The notes under the pieces are model-generated. The model had not been told where the DNA came from, did not search any database, and was given only the letters and a program-made list of their open reading frames with translations. Positions 18,971-28,621 of a stretch of DNA of 64,000 nt are shown piece after piece (position 1 is the stretch's first letter; every line of letters begins with the position of its first letter). The position numbers and the translations under genes are program-made. The stretch covers positions 1-64,000 of the IMG/VR virus record IMGVR_UViG_3300045999_010033; one strand, written 5' to 3'.

Positions 18971-19291
18971 CTATTTACTACAATCTTCCATAAACTTTTC
19001 CAAGCAAGTGATAAAACCTTCCGGCCGGTGCATTAATATCATATAATTTAGAACTATGGTCTTTCCTGCTATAAATGTACCCAATTTTATTTTGTATGGG
19101 TGACGGTGCAGAAAGAGAGCTGGTGCTATTTCTACATCACGCATTAACGATACATTGTATAGTGTGCCTTTCCATTTCAGAAAGATGTCATAGGAACGTT
19201 CCATTTCTACTACCTCAATTACAGATAAGTTTTCTGTCCAAAGTTCGGAATATTTAAGTTTACGTATTCCATTTATTGTTAGCTTCCCCAT
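18971..19291 (-). CDS. LTIxNxxK family paralog
   Basis: KLTINGIRKL..YDIFL. Confidence 0.7.
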   Translation of the reverse strand: MGKLTINGIRKLKYSELWTENLSVIEVVEMERSYDIFLKWKGTLYNVSLMRDVEIAPALFLHRHPYKIKLGTFIAGKTIVLNYMILMHRPEGFITCLEKFMEDCSK

Positions 19292-19294
19292 ATC

Positions 19295-19588
19295 TTATAT
19301 ATTCGGCATCATTTCAGCAATTGTGTTTACAACCCCTGCTAATTTATCCGGTGATAATAATTCTGATTTAGAAATTTTATCCTGCCATAGACCACAAGAT
19401 ACATTATACGTTTCATCTATGTTTGGCGCTCTACTCAATTTCAATTCATACCACTTATTCCTATGCCCTTTTAGATAAAAAAGAATAATATAACAATCAT
19501 CCTTTATTTGAACTGCGGAAGTTACTACATTACTATGATTAATCCTGTCGGTAATACTCCCGATGTTTTCTATTGTAAGCATAATCAA
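19295..19588 (-). CDS. LTIxNxxK family paralog
   Basis: MLTIENIGSI..YIILF. Confidence 0.7.
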   Translation of the reverse strand: MIMLTIENIGSITDRINHSNVVTSAVQIKDDCYIILFYLKGHRNKWYELKLSRAPNIDETYNVSCGLWQDKISKSELLSPDKLAGVVNTIAEMMPNI

Positions 19589-20910
19589 TATTTGAATCCA
19601 ATTCGTGTAGGTTCTTCACTCTTATACTCTGCTTCGTTTATATTATAAATTTCGGTAAGGGTCATTGGTGTAGTAGTCGTATGACTGATACCCAAATGAT
19701 TTATCAAATTTTGTGCATCATCAGCAGGAAGTGCATCAAATTTGTGTTCAGCAATCAAACGACCTTTACGAAGTAGTGCCGTATCAATTTTTCGTTTATC
19801 CATATTGAATGTTGCTACAATCTGAATGTTAAGAATGTCAGAAAGAATACCATCGGTTAGGTTTAGGATATTAGATACACCCGTCGAACCATTTGTGTTC
19901 CTATCGGTAATAACACGTTCCGCATCTTCGATAAACAGAACGGAGTCCGAGTTCTGAATAAGAAACGGAGTCATTTCCGGCGATGTAATGAAGTCCGCAA
20001 GGTATGGTGGAATAAATAGGACACGCTTACCTTCTATCTTAGAAGCAAGATATTTAAGGTAGTGAGTCTTTCCAGTGCCAGGTACACCATGCAGTAGAAC
20101 CAGCCCTTTACCTTTTGTTTTGTTTAACTGTGTAATAATCTTTGTATGGATTGGAACGAAGTCCTTCCCATAGTTCAATTGAATATCCAATGTAGTTTGG
20201 GGTAGTTCAAATGGTGCAGTAGTATAACCACGTTGGGTTGACATAACCAAATGTACATTGTTAATTTTAACCTTTAGCTTTCTGAAGGCTGATTTCATAA
20301 TATCAACTGCCTTTTGATATTCGGCAACATCTCCATTAGAATGTACATAACAATATCCATTATCTCTATCAACTCGATTAGTGTTTTTGTATTCAATTGG
20401 ACTGAGTGATATTACAATATAACCCGATTTTGTTTTCTTTTCTAAAATATACTCAGTTGTCCAGTGCTTTTTATCAATAGCACAATCCTTTGAAAATATA
20501 ACATTGTAACCATTAGCTATTAATCCATCGTATGCTTTTGCACTATCGAAGCCGGTATCCATATCCGATTCGGCTTCAAAGAAGTGTGTTATAACATTGC
20601 CGGTTTCAGTATAAATGTAATTGCTTATTGGGAACGACCCGGCCTCTACTGGTTTATAAAATGTACTATTAGTAACGGGCAATGTTGTCATTGAATGTAG
20701 TTTTTCTTCCAACCTAAATAATTTGCTTGACTCTTCTCCACTTTCTATCATTGATTCCATTTTACTCAAATTTTTTATAAACTCACGCGTATCGGTTCTA
20801 TCGAGATGTGGCTCGGTATGTATTTTCTCAGCTAAATTCATCGTATCCATAATGATTGATTTACTCAAAGATACGAAAATTTCCGTAAAAAACAAAATCC
20901 CTTTATTCAA
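19585..20910 (-). CDS. AAA+ ATPase (BCS1-like)
   Basis: Walker A HGVPGTGKT, Walker B FIEDAE, LLNLTDG, ATFN..IDTALLRKGR. Confidence 0.88.
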   Translation of the reverse strand: MNKGILFFTEIFVSLSKSIIMDTMNLAEKIHTEPHLDRTDTREFIKNLSKMESMIESGEESSKLFRLEEKLHSMTTLPVTNSTFYKPVEAGSFPISNYIYTETGNVITHFFEAESDMDTGFDSAKAYDGLIANGYNVIFSKDCAIDKKHWTTEYILEKKTKSGYIVISLSPIEYKNTNRVDRDNGYCYVHSNGDVAEYQKAVDIMKSAFRKLKVKINNVHLVMSTQRGYTTAPFELPQTTLDIQLNYGKDFVPIHTKIITQLNKTKGKGLVLLHGVPGTGKTHYLKYLASKIEGKRVLFIPPYLADFITSPEMTPFLIQNSDSVLFIEDAERVITDRNTNGSTGVSNILNLTDGILSDILNIQIVATFNMDKRKIDTALLRKGRLIAEHKFDALPADDAQNLINHLGISHTTTTPMTLTEIYNINEAEYKSEEPTRIGFKY

Positions 20911-21004
20911 AGGGATTCATTTTACTTTTTTCTATTTATACGTTTGGATATTTTTGCCATACGTTTTCTACTTTTAGCCTTTCGTTGGCGATGGGTAAGC
21001 GTTT

Positions 21005-21343
21005 TCATATCATGTATGGTTTAGCGTGTTTATTAACTATCATTTGCTCATTAACGTTTAACCCATCTTTGTATATAGTTGCTATCGGACGTTTATATTT
21101 ATCTAAATTTCTTGAGGATATTTTCACTTTATCGCCGGGTTTCAATATAGTTTCAAGATAAGCCTTAGCCTTTTGGGCCGATTCTTTTAAAATAGGGTCT
21201 TCCGACTTAAGTTCATCAGAATTTATACCATAGAAACGTATATTCGTTTCCCATGTCATATAAAATCCCAAATCAATTTTAGCTTTAATCGTATCGCCAT
21301 CTATTACTTTAATGATTTCTGCGTTGTAATTGTATAATTCCAT
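21005..21343 (-). CDS. thermonuclease (SNase-like)
   Basis: KVIDGDTI, IRFYGI, DKYKRPIA. Confidence 0.85.
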   Translation of the reverse strand: MELYNYNAEIIKVIDGDTIKAKIDLGFYMTWETNIRFYGINSDELKSEDPILKESAQKAKAYLETILKPGDKVKISSRNLDKYKRPIATIYKDGLNVNEQMIVNKHAKPYMI

Positions 21344-21364
21344 TTACGTTTTAGTATAAATATC

Positions 21365-21550
21365 TTATTCAACTACTTTTTGATATAGTTTTTGAATTAA
21401 TACCGTCGGAAGCATCATGGGCCATAAGAGCACCCATCCCAAAGGAAGAAGCCAATCGCCATCGGTATCAATCTTTCTGATTGCTCCATTTACAAAGGCG
21501 TATACAATACCACCTATAAACCAAATCATTGCTAATGTTTCTGTTGACAT
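21365..21550 (-). CDS. small membrane protein
   Basis: Two hydrophobic segments; LLWP motif. Confidence 0.6.
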   Translation of the reverse strand: MSTETLAMIWFIGGIVYAFVNGAIRKIDTDGDWLLPLGWVLLWPMMLPTVLIQKLYQKVVE

Positions 21551-21560
21551 AATTTTTATT

Positions 21561-21800
21561 TTAATCGTTTATCGTTTCTAATTCTTCTATCTTGTTTACA
21601 AATATATATTCGTTTGTTTGTGTATTCTTAAATATGTGTTCTGCATTGTAGCACTTTTTTAATAGTTCTATCCCATCACTATCTAATTCTTTTTTTAGTT
21701 TTTCTGCTTTCAATACGTGGACCACTTCGTAAAGTATATCGTTTATCTTTGTAAGATTTGGTTTTCTCATTTCCAAAATATTTGTATAAGAATAATACAC
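21561..21800 (-). CDS. hypothetical protein
   Basis: Packed ORF. Confidence 0.5.
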   Translation of the reverse strand: MYYSYTNILEMRKPNLTKINDILYEVVHVLKAEKLKKELDSDGIELLKKCYNAEHIFKNTQTNEYIFVNKIEELETIND

Positions 21801-22108
21801 ACTGCTAAAAACAAAGTAAGTAATGTTTTTATAGTGAACGGCTCTTTAAAAAATATCTCTGTCAGAATTGTAAAGACAAATATACCAATAGCGAAACCTA
21901 TAAGACGAGATGGCCACACCTGTCCATCAAATGATAGGACAAAGCATTCAACTGATTTGATGTATAAGAATGTAAGTGGCAGAGATAGTAAGTATACTGC
22001 TATCGGATAGCGTTCATACCAATTCCATTTGATATTCCCTTGTAATTGGAAATATGTTAGTATTTGGGCAAGTATTGCGTAGCAAATGCCCACTCCTAAT
22101 TTACTCAT
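21767..22108 (-). CDS. 4-TM small membrane protein (SMR/DMT-like)
   Basis: Four hydrophobic helices; FFKEPFT motif. Confidence 0.65.
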   Translation of the reverse strand: MSKLGVGICYAILAQILTYFQLQGNIKWNWYERYPIAVYLLSLPLTFLYIKSVECFVLSFDGQVWPSRLIGFAIGIFVFTILTEIFFKEPFTIKTLLTLFLAVCIILIQIFWK

Positions 22109-22124
22109 AACCTTTTTTATTTTA

Positions 22125-22310
22125 TTATTCGAAGTCTTCCTCTTCTTCTATGCCGTATCCACTATTAATGTCATCATTGTAAATGATATCTTCAATTTGT
22201 TCCGCATCTTCAAAAACACTATCTAACAATTTGTGATAAATGCCATCATCGTCAATGGACTTTAGATTTTCTTTTATTTTGCCCACTATCTTTAGTATTT
22301 CTTTTTTCAT
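22125..22310 (-). CDS. acidic hypothetical protein
   Basis: Packed ORF. Confidence 0.5.
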   Translation of the reverse strand: MKKEILKIVGKIKENLKSIDDDGIYHKLLDSVFEDAEQIEDIIYNDDINSGYGIEEEEDFE

Positions 22311-22635
22311 CCGTTTTAGATTTTTCTATAAGTATTTGCAAATCACGAATTTTCGCGCATAGTTCATATTCCTCTATCGAAAGAAAATAATTCATAGCTT
22401 TATCAAGTGTGATATCGGCGTTTTCTTTCCGAACAATAAGAACAATGTTTTCTACAAAATTTGTGATTAGAATAGCTTGTGTAAAATCTAAATTTTTGTT
22501 TATTAGTATTTCTATGTAACGAACTAACTCGGAATGTATAATATACCTATTGGCCTTCAACCAACTTGATATTGGTTGATTACCCAAATCAATGTGCAAC
22601 ACGGCCGGGTCATTTACTTCATCCGATTTTTTCAC
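22252..22635 (-). CDS. UVR-like domain protein
   Basis: AMNYFLSIEEYELCAKIRDL. Confidence 0.6.
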   Translation of the reverse strand: MKKSDEVNDPAVLHIDLGNQPISSWLKANRYIIHSELVRYIEILINKNLDFTQAILITNFVENIVLIVRKENADITLDKAMNYFLSIEEYELCAKIRDLQILIEKSKTDEKRNTKDSGQNKRKSKVH

Positions 22636-22930
22636 TACGTTTACTTTTTGAATTTAAGTATAAATAAGATAAAAAGAATAGAATTGAAATGGAATAAAAA
22701 ATTATATCGGTTTTCCAATATGACCCTGTCCAATCCAAAACAATTTTGAATAGTATATCGAACCCGAATGGATTGAAAAACATTGCTAACATCAGAAACG
22801 ATGTCTTTAACAATTCCATGTAATTTGTTTTTATTTGTTTTATTTTTACTCTCACCCTCGTCCATTTGATTTGCGTTTCGTGAATAATACTATAACTTTA
22901 GTATAAGTATAATACATTATACAATACTAT

Positions 22931-23167
22931 CTATATTCCATCGGACGAATCATCTTCTCGCATTTCTTCTTCGTAAAGATTTGCCATTTGTATAACACCA
23001 TCTCTCCAAGTTTCTTCGGAAAACTGACATCCAATTGCCAATCTACGAAATACCTCCAGCAATTCATTTATATCCATATCTGAATATGCTTTTGTAATTT
23101 TAATTTCTTCGCCATATACATTTGCTGAAAATTCAGCTGGTGGATTCGGAAATCTATTTAAAATCAT
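22931..23167 (-). CDS. hypothetical protein
   Basis: Packed ORF. Confidence 0.55.
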   Translation of the reverse strand: MILNRFPNPPAEFSANVYGEEIKITKAYSDMDINELLEVFRRLAIGCQFSEETWRDGVIQMANLYEEEMREDDSSDGI

Positions 23168-23218
23168 AGTTTTGTTTTTTGTGGGGTCGGCGATATTACC
23201 GACCCCATTGTTATTGTA

Positions 23219-24169
23219 TTACTTATTCAAGTTCAAAATAAACCCACCACCATTATCCGATGTTACAACGCTTGGTACATTACTACCGCCTGCCCTCCAA
23301 GCTTCAATCCATTGTTGTTGGATAAGCATCGGTGTAAGAGTTTGCTGCTTCAATCGGTTTGATTCCGCTTCGGCCTTTGCTCGGGTCAGCATAGATTGTG
23401 CTTCACCTTCTGCTTGCGCCACTTTAATTTTGGCTTCAGCCTCAGCGGTTTTCACATCGTTCTCTGCTTTGAGAGCGGCTTGTACTGCATTGTTTTTAGC
23501 ATTGATTGCGTTTTTGAAAGTTTCAGGATAAATAAGGTTAGATGTAAACTGATTAACAATAAATCCTTCATTCAATAATTGTGTTTCCAAAATACGTCTT
23601 ACTTCAACTTCATAGTTTTGACGGTTTCCAATAAGCTCATCCGCCGTATATTTGTTAGTAGCCAGTCGGAACGCATCAAATACTGCGGTTTTCAAAAAGC
23701 CTTCTTCGATTTGATCCAAGCTTCTACGATACTTTGAAAAGATTTGAGGAACTTTCTCACGTTTTACCGAATAGTTAATAATAGGTGATACGTGGAACTC
23801 CGAACCATCCTTTGAGTTTACGATAAATGAATTATCACCGGTATATTCTTTGTGTTGAATAAATGTAGGGAACTCATAGATATTATGCGTAATCGGATTA
23901 TAGAATACCATACCGGTTACTTCGGTGACATCACTTACGCCTTTGTTATCACCATACAAATTCACTTTAACACCAACATGCCCTGCATCAATTCGTTCAC
24001 ACGATGCAAAAAGCAAAATAGAAATCAAAATACCAAGTACTGCTGCGAAAATAACCTTTACCATTTTTTTAATTTTTAATTGTTGTTTTAATTTTTCTTG
24101 TTTTATTTCTTCTTCTTGCTCTTTTTGTCGGCGAGCATACCTTTGTTCGAAACTTTCATAATTAGCCAT
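23219..24169 (-). CDS. SPFH/band-7/prohibitin family membrane protein
   Basis: TM, IDAGHVGVKV..G, SKDG, AINAK..A coiled coil with EAEA repeats. Confidence 0.9.
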   Translation of the reverse strand: MANYESFEQRYARRQKEQEEEIKQEKLKQQLKIKKMVKVIFAAVLGILISILLFASCERIDAGHVGVKVNLYGDNKGVSDVTEVTGMVFYNPITHNIYEFPTFIQHKEYTGDNSFIVNSKDGSEFHVSPIINYSVKREKVPQIFSKYRRSLDQIEEGFLKTAVFDAFRLATNKYTADELIGNRQNYEVEVRRILETQLLNEGFIVNQFTSNLIYPETFKNAINAKNNAVQAALKAENDVKTAEAEAKIKVAQAEGEAQSMLTRAKAEAESNRLKQQTLTPMLIQQQWIEAWRAGGSNVPSVVTSDNGGGFILNLNK

Positions 24170-24171
24170 AA

Positions 24172-24453
24172 TTAACTTTCTTTAACGTTTTCTTCTTTTT
24201 TGTTTTTTATTTGGTTTAATTCTGCTTCAACTGTACTATGGATTCCATCCGAACTCCATATATCATATGCAAATAAGTAGACGGTATAGAATATCAGTAT
24301 AATGCCCAAAAAGGCACTGATGCTATTAAGTGCAGTATCACTTGCAGTTAGGCCGGGGAAAATCACAAACTCAAACATAATGAGTATTGCGAATATTTTC
24401 AATACCGTGCTAATAACTTTCTGCACTGCTTTTCTTTTTAAGAATTCTTTCAT
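24172..24453 (-). CDS. membrane protein
   Basis: Two TM segments. Confidence 0.6.
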   Translation of the reverse strand: MKEFLKRKAVQKVISTVLKIFAILIMFEFVIFPGLTASDTALNSISAFLGIILIFYTVYLFAYDIWSSDGIHSTVEAELNQIKNKKEENVKES

Positions 24454-24459
24454 TGTTTT

Positions 24460-24660
24460 TTATTTTCTTTTACGATTATCAATACTCATAGGAAAATATG
24501 GAATACCATCCAATACGATAGAGTGTACCACGTGACCAGTTTCTTCATTTTTGAATACGTTTGCCTTTTCAGGGTATGCTGTCCATATCAATCCATCCAA
24601 AGCCACTTTATCTTCGGACAATCTTTTGAATGTTTTTAGTTCAATAGTTTCTTGCGCCAT
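24460..24660 (-). CDS. hypothetical protein
   Basis: Packed ORF. Confidence 0.5.
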   Translation of the reverse strand: MAQETIELKTFKRLSEDKVALDGLIWTAYPEKANVFKNEETGHVVHSIVLDGIPYFPMSIDNRKRK

Positions 24661-24673
24661 TTTTTTTGTTTTG

Positions 24674-24883
24674 TTATATAAAAAGTTTAATTAATAAAAT
24701 AAAGTATATAAAGTTCGTTGGGCCAATAAACCAAAAGAACACATCCCTTCGGTTTTGGCGTTGTTCGGGTGTTTTAGAATCCAACATCCATTCTGCTATT
24801 TCACCAAAGTAAAATACTGAAATTATTGGAATCCACCAAATCCATTTTGTATTGTATAGTTCTTCATACATTTGATTTACCAT
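24674..24883 (-). CDS. small membrane protein (NTKW.WWIPI family)
   Basis: Paralog of 26464..26661. Confidence 0.65.
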   Translation of the reverse strand: MVNQMYEELYNTKWIWWIPIISVFYFGEIAEWMLDSKTPEQRQNRRDVFFWFIGPTNFIYFILLIKLFI

Positions 24884-25449
24884 TTAATTCGTGTCTTCAC
24901 TTCGGTAATATGTTTACAAGTCTTCGGAGTTTGTTTTGAGAACATATACCCCGGACAACTACATTCCCAATATTCGTCCGCAGTAAGTGTTACCGTATAA
25001 TAGTCCGTGCCATTTGAAGATTTGACTATATATGGTCTATTTTCCGAAACGACGAGTGGTATATTACTCAAATCCATCGTAGATTTATTTAGCTTTACAT
25101 AGTTTGGATAGTCGGTATTTCCTTTTAAGAAATTGATAAACATATTGTATAATCCACAAACTTCAGAATAAAACAGTCCTACCGACTGGACATTACTTTT
25201 ATAAAAGGGTAGATAAGTATCGTGCCATATACCGGAGTGCCCCGCCCCTCTAAGGCACACTCTAATATGAAGTTTTTCATTTTTCCAATCCATTGCACAT
25301 AAAAGCGCATCCACACGTTCATCTTCAGGAAAAATCCAAAATGAATCAGGAGCCGCATTCCGGTCTGCGATTACAATACGAAACCCATTTTGTGTCTTTT
25401 TTGGTTCGGCGTAATCTGCCAACTTTTGAAATCCTATCGGTTTGTTCAT
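24877..25449 (-). CDS. SWIM zinc-finger protein
   Basis: YTVTL..WECSCPG..CKHI. Confidence 0.8.
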   Translation of the reverse strand: MNKPIGFQKLADYAEPKKTQNGFRIVIADRNAAPDSFWIFPEDERVDALLCAMDWKNEKLHIRVCLRGAGHSGIWHDTYLPFYKSNVQSVGLFYSEVCGLYNMFINFLKGNTDYPNYVKLNKSTMDLSNIPLVVSENRPYIVKSSNGTDYYTVTLTADEYWECSCPGYMFSKQTPKTCKHITEVKTRIKW

Positions 25450-25691
25450 ACATTGTTATTTTTTACCGAGTTCATAAAACGTGCTTTCGGGTCGTCAAAC
25501 ATATTGGAAAATTCACTATCTAACTTTCCAGCTTCATATGCCGCATCGGCCAATTCCATACGTTGGTCTTCCTCCATTTGTTTGGCGTGTTCAAAGATGT
25601 TAGGCCTTTCTCCTTGTGGAGTACCGTACTCTACTTTGTAAAGATGTTCGAATAACCATTCAACTGCCGTTTGCTTTTTAATTTCTGACAT
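25446..25691 (-). CDS. KQTAVEWL-type small phage protein
   Basis: KQTAVEWL...AKQMEE...AYEAG. Confidence 0.65.
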   Translation of the reverse strand: MSEIKKQTAVEWLFEHLYKVEYGTPQGERPNIFEHAKQMEEDQRMELADAAYEAGKLDSEFSNMFDDPKARFMNSVKNNNV

Positions 25692-25705
25692 AAAAAATAT
25701 TTTAA

Positions 25706-26035
25706 TTATAAAAGTTTATTCCATACCAATCTTTCTGCTATGAATTTAAGGAAAGCGATAAATGTATCCGATGTCTTTATACTATCGAGATCAATAGATG
25801 CATCCTGAACAACATACGTTCCAACATTTCCGCTGCCTCTCTCACATTTTTTTACATTAAAAGAATTTACCTTCCAGTTAAACTCAAACCATAAAGCGTG
25901 TCCGTTAAATATATCATGCACATCTTCATATACCCATACATTATTATTCCATGTCTCTGCTTCAATACGGCATTCTACATTATCAATTCGGAATCTAGCA
26001 TCATGTATCTTGTTAAAGTTGTTAATAGTCACCAT
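25706..26035 (-). CDS. possible dispersed LTIxNxxK family member
   Basis: MVTINNFNKI. Confidence 0.55.
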   Translation of the reverse strand: MVTINNFNKIHDARFRIDNVECRIEAETWNNNVWVYEDVHDIFNGHALWFEFNWKVNSFNVKKCERGSGNVGTYVVQDASIDLDSIKTSDTFIAFLKFIAERLVWNKLL

Positions 26036-26119
26036 AGTGTTAATTTTTTAATATTAAATACGTTAACATAGTCACCAATGCAATTAATCCCCAAAACGAT
26101 TGGTCTTTTAGATATCGTT

Positions 26120-26464
26120 TCATTTACGTTTCTTTTTAGATTTTGCTTCTATAATATGTTTACAATCTCTGCCTCGTCCGAAAGCATGGGCGGGACAGTT
26201 ACAAGTCCAAAAATCATCATCGGATTTCACTTCATAGATTTCACCTTTACTACCAACATAATGCCATTCGCCATTTGGTTTACGTTTCGGTGTTTCTGGT
26301 TTCGGTTGGATAGTTTCTTTAATCCACAATTTTTCCAATTCATTCCAACTATACTGCCGACTAACCTCAATCCACTTTCCATTTGCGATGATGTACCATC
26401 TCCCACTTACGGGGCCCTGAACACAAGTGGGAGGATAAAAACTTTTGAACTTTTCCATAAACAC
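26120..26464 (-). CDS. SWIM zinc-finger protein
   Basis: YEV..WTCNCPA..CKHI. Confidence 0.8.
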   Translation of the reverse strand: MFMEKFKSFYPPTCVQGPVSGRWYIIANGKWIEVSRQYSWNELEKLWIKETIQPKPETPKRKPNGEWHYVGSKGEIYEVKSDDDFWTCNCPAHAFGRGRDCKHIIEAKSKKKRK

Positions 26465-26661
26465 TATTTAGATACTAAAAGAATTATTAGAACCAATCCC
26501 AATACGTGATATGCCATATTGAAATAAGCGATTAACATTCGTTTTACATAAACAGATGTTTCGATGGAATCAAATACCCATCCGGACATTTCCTCAATGA
26601 AGTATAGCCCGATTATGGGAATCCACCAATACCATTTAGTATTTAGTATTTCCGTTTTCAT
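26464..26661 (-). CDS. small membrane protein (NTKW.WWIPI family)
   Basis: Paralog of 24674..24883. Confidence 0.65.
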   Translation of the reverse strand: MKTEILNTKWYWWIPIIGLYFIEEMSGWVFDSIETSVYVKRMLIAYFNMAYHVLGLVLIILLVSK

Positions 26662-26824
26662 ATAATTTATTATTTAATCCTTTTAAGATATTCCTTTTTA
26701 ATATGGATTTGTTTGATTGATTCGGTTTGATTTGCTAATTGTGCCACCTTTGAAAAGGAGATACCCTTCAGTTGAAAGGTATCTCCGTTCATAGTGGTTA
26801 CTACGATATCAAATAGTGTTTTCA

Positions 26825-27073
26825 TTAGTTATGCTTCATTCCCTTCATAACTCCATACCCTTGCCGAGCGGCCAATCTATTGATATTGTCAGCAATGTCT
26901 TTTGGTACGACTTGAATTGTGTTACCGGTTTTGTGATTGGTGACCGGAATACCACCAACTTGTTCAACGGTAGAACAATTAACGCAGGATTTGTAGCCAT
27001 ACTTAACGAGTCGAAGTTTGGGCATCTTACCACCACATTTGATGCACGTAGTCATTTCAAGTTTTACTTTCAT
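26825..27073 (-). CDS. DksA/TraR-like C4 zinc finger protein
   Basis: CIKC..MP..RL......CVNC. Confidence 0.6.
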   Translation of the reverse strand: MKVKLEMTTCIKCGGKMPKLRLVKYGYKSCVNCSTVEQVGGIPVTNHKTGNTIQVVPKDIADNINRLAARQGYGVMKGMKHN

Positions 27074-27104
27074 ACAAAAAGATTTATAAGTTTTATAAAA
27101 TAAT

Positions 27105-28598
27105 TCACTTCAATTTAGAACGAATCTCATCGAAGGTAATCCGATTGTGGAATGTACCATCTTTGTAGATAGTATTCAACGCACCATGTCGTTCTTCTTC
27201 CCAAGATACTTTATCCTTCAGTTCATAGTTTTTATGATGAAGTTTACCCAATGAATCGGATTCCATTACTTCAACTACCTGCAACAAACCAGTAGCAGAT
27301 TTCTTTGTACCATCATCGGTGATAGGGTCTTTGAAGATTTCTCTACCTTCTTCGTTCACTTCAACATAAGTAGCCTTCATAGCGAAACCGAATGTATCGC
27401 GTGTGTTGTACTGATATGTGAATGAACCCACACCGAACACAATGTTAGTCGAAGCGAATCCCTTACTAGCGAGCCTTTGGCAAATTTCCTCAGCCCTCTC
27501 AAGCGTAATAGAGTCACCATAGATTGCTCCAATGTGAGGGTCTAATACTTTGTAACCCTGCTCATTGATTGTACCGCCAAACACATCCCAAAGCAATTCA
27601 ATCACACCTTTATATGAAGGATGTGTTGCTTGTTCCGCCGAGTACATATCAGGCTTTGTGTTTAAACCACACACAATATCGGTAGGATTACCACTATCAG
27701 GTCTGATTACCAATTTACCATCACGTGCCATAATCTTATCTTTCAGTACAACAACGTGCTCCGTACATACTTTCCACAAGTCCCAAGTATCGGATACAAC
27801 CGAAAGGATACCGGTGGGATATGTGTCCAACAATCTACTGAACGTTCCGATTTCATCATCTTTACTACCTGCACACATTACACTATGTTCGGTTGCATTT
27901 ACACTACCAACAACCATACCTTTTGCTCCATAGAATTTGCGAGCACCGTGAATTACTGGAAGACTATCCGACCCCAAGAACGATGTGGCATGTCCAAGAC
28001 CAGAACTGATTGTTACATCAATACTATCAAGACCACGCATTGAGAAGTCATGTGCCTGCCAATCAACAAACCACGCACGTTCCTTGTCCGTTTTATCCTG
28101 CCACTTCGTCAATACTTTACGATATTGATGTGCTATGGTAGCGGATGTCATAGGCTTCCAAAGCAAGTTAGAAATAATAGTTTCCAAATAGTTCGTAATC
28201 CAATAGAAATCGGGGTGAGTATTACGAATGGTCAGAACCGGCACCTTAATAGGAACGGTAGTACCTTCGGTGATTGCTTTCACTTCAATCGGAAGATAAC
28301 CCAAATCGTGCAACCTTTCAAAGTGCGAAACATCATAGTCAGTACCAAGGTAAAGACTCAGTTCCTCTTTGATTTCAGCGATAACTACATCCTTTGGCTG
28401 ACTGAAAAATTCCTTTTCAAAAGCCTCGTGGATTTCCATCATAACCATTTGCTGTCCAAACGATACGACTTCATCACATCCTTTAGGAGCGTGTTTGTTA
28501 CTACGCGGTGTGAAGTTTGAATATACCATAGTCGTACCTTTGGGATATTGTTGATGGTGTCCTGTCTTGTAACCGTCAGTAAGAAGAAGCGGATTCAT
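27105..28598 (-). CDS. nadV: nicotinamide phosphoribosyltransferase family (Nampt; Namat-like)
   Basis: LLTDGYKTGH, HDFSMRG, ATEHSVM, VSDTWD, VIRPDSG, IYGDSI. Confidence 0.93.
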   Translation of the reverse strand: MNPLLLTDGYKTGHHQQYPKGTTMVYSNFTPRSNKHAPKGCDEVVSFGQQMVMMEIHEAFEKEFFSQPKDVVIAEIKEELSLYLGTDYDVSHFERLHDLGYLPIEVKAITEGTTVPIKVPVLTIRNTHPDFYWITNYLETIISNLLWKPMTSATIAHQYRKVLTKWQDKTDKERAWFVDWQAHDFSMRGLDSIDVTISSGLGHATSFLGSDSLPVIHGARKFYGAKGMVVGSVNATEHSVMCAGSKDDEIGTFSRLLDTYPTGILSVVSDTWDLWKVCTEHVVVLKDKIMARDGKLVIRPDSGNPTDIVCGLNTKPDMYSAEQATHPSYKGVIELLWDVFGGTINEQGYKVLDPHIGAIYGDSITLERAEEICQRLASKGFASTNIVFGVGSFTYQYNTRDTFGFAMKATYVEVNEEGREIFKDPITDDGTKKSATGLLQVVEVMESDSLGKLHHKNYELKDKVSWEEERHGALNTIYKDGTFHNRITFDEIRSKLK

Positions 28599-28621
28599 AA
28601 TATATGTGTTTATTGTTTGAA

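Noticed and set aside
7238-19588. Diversity-generating retroelement behind the paralog arrays
   Set aside because: No reverse transcriptase and no TR/VR pair with adenine-specific mismatches seen
22641-22865. Two overlapping ORFs (22619..22855 and 22641..22865)
   Set aside because: Could not decide which frame is real; the hydrophobic 22619..22855 frame is more plausible but unsupported
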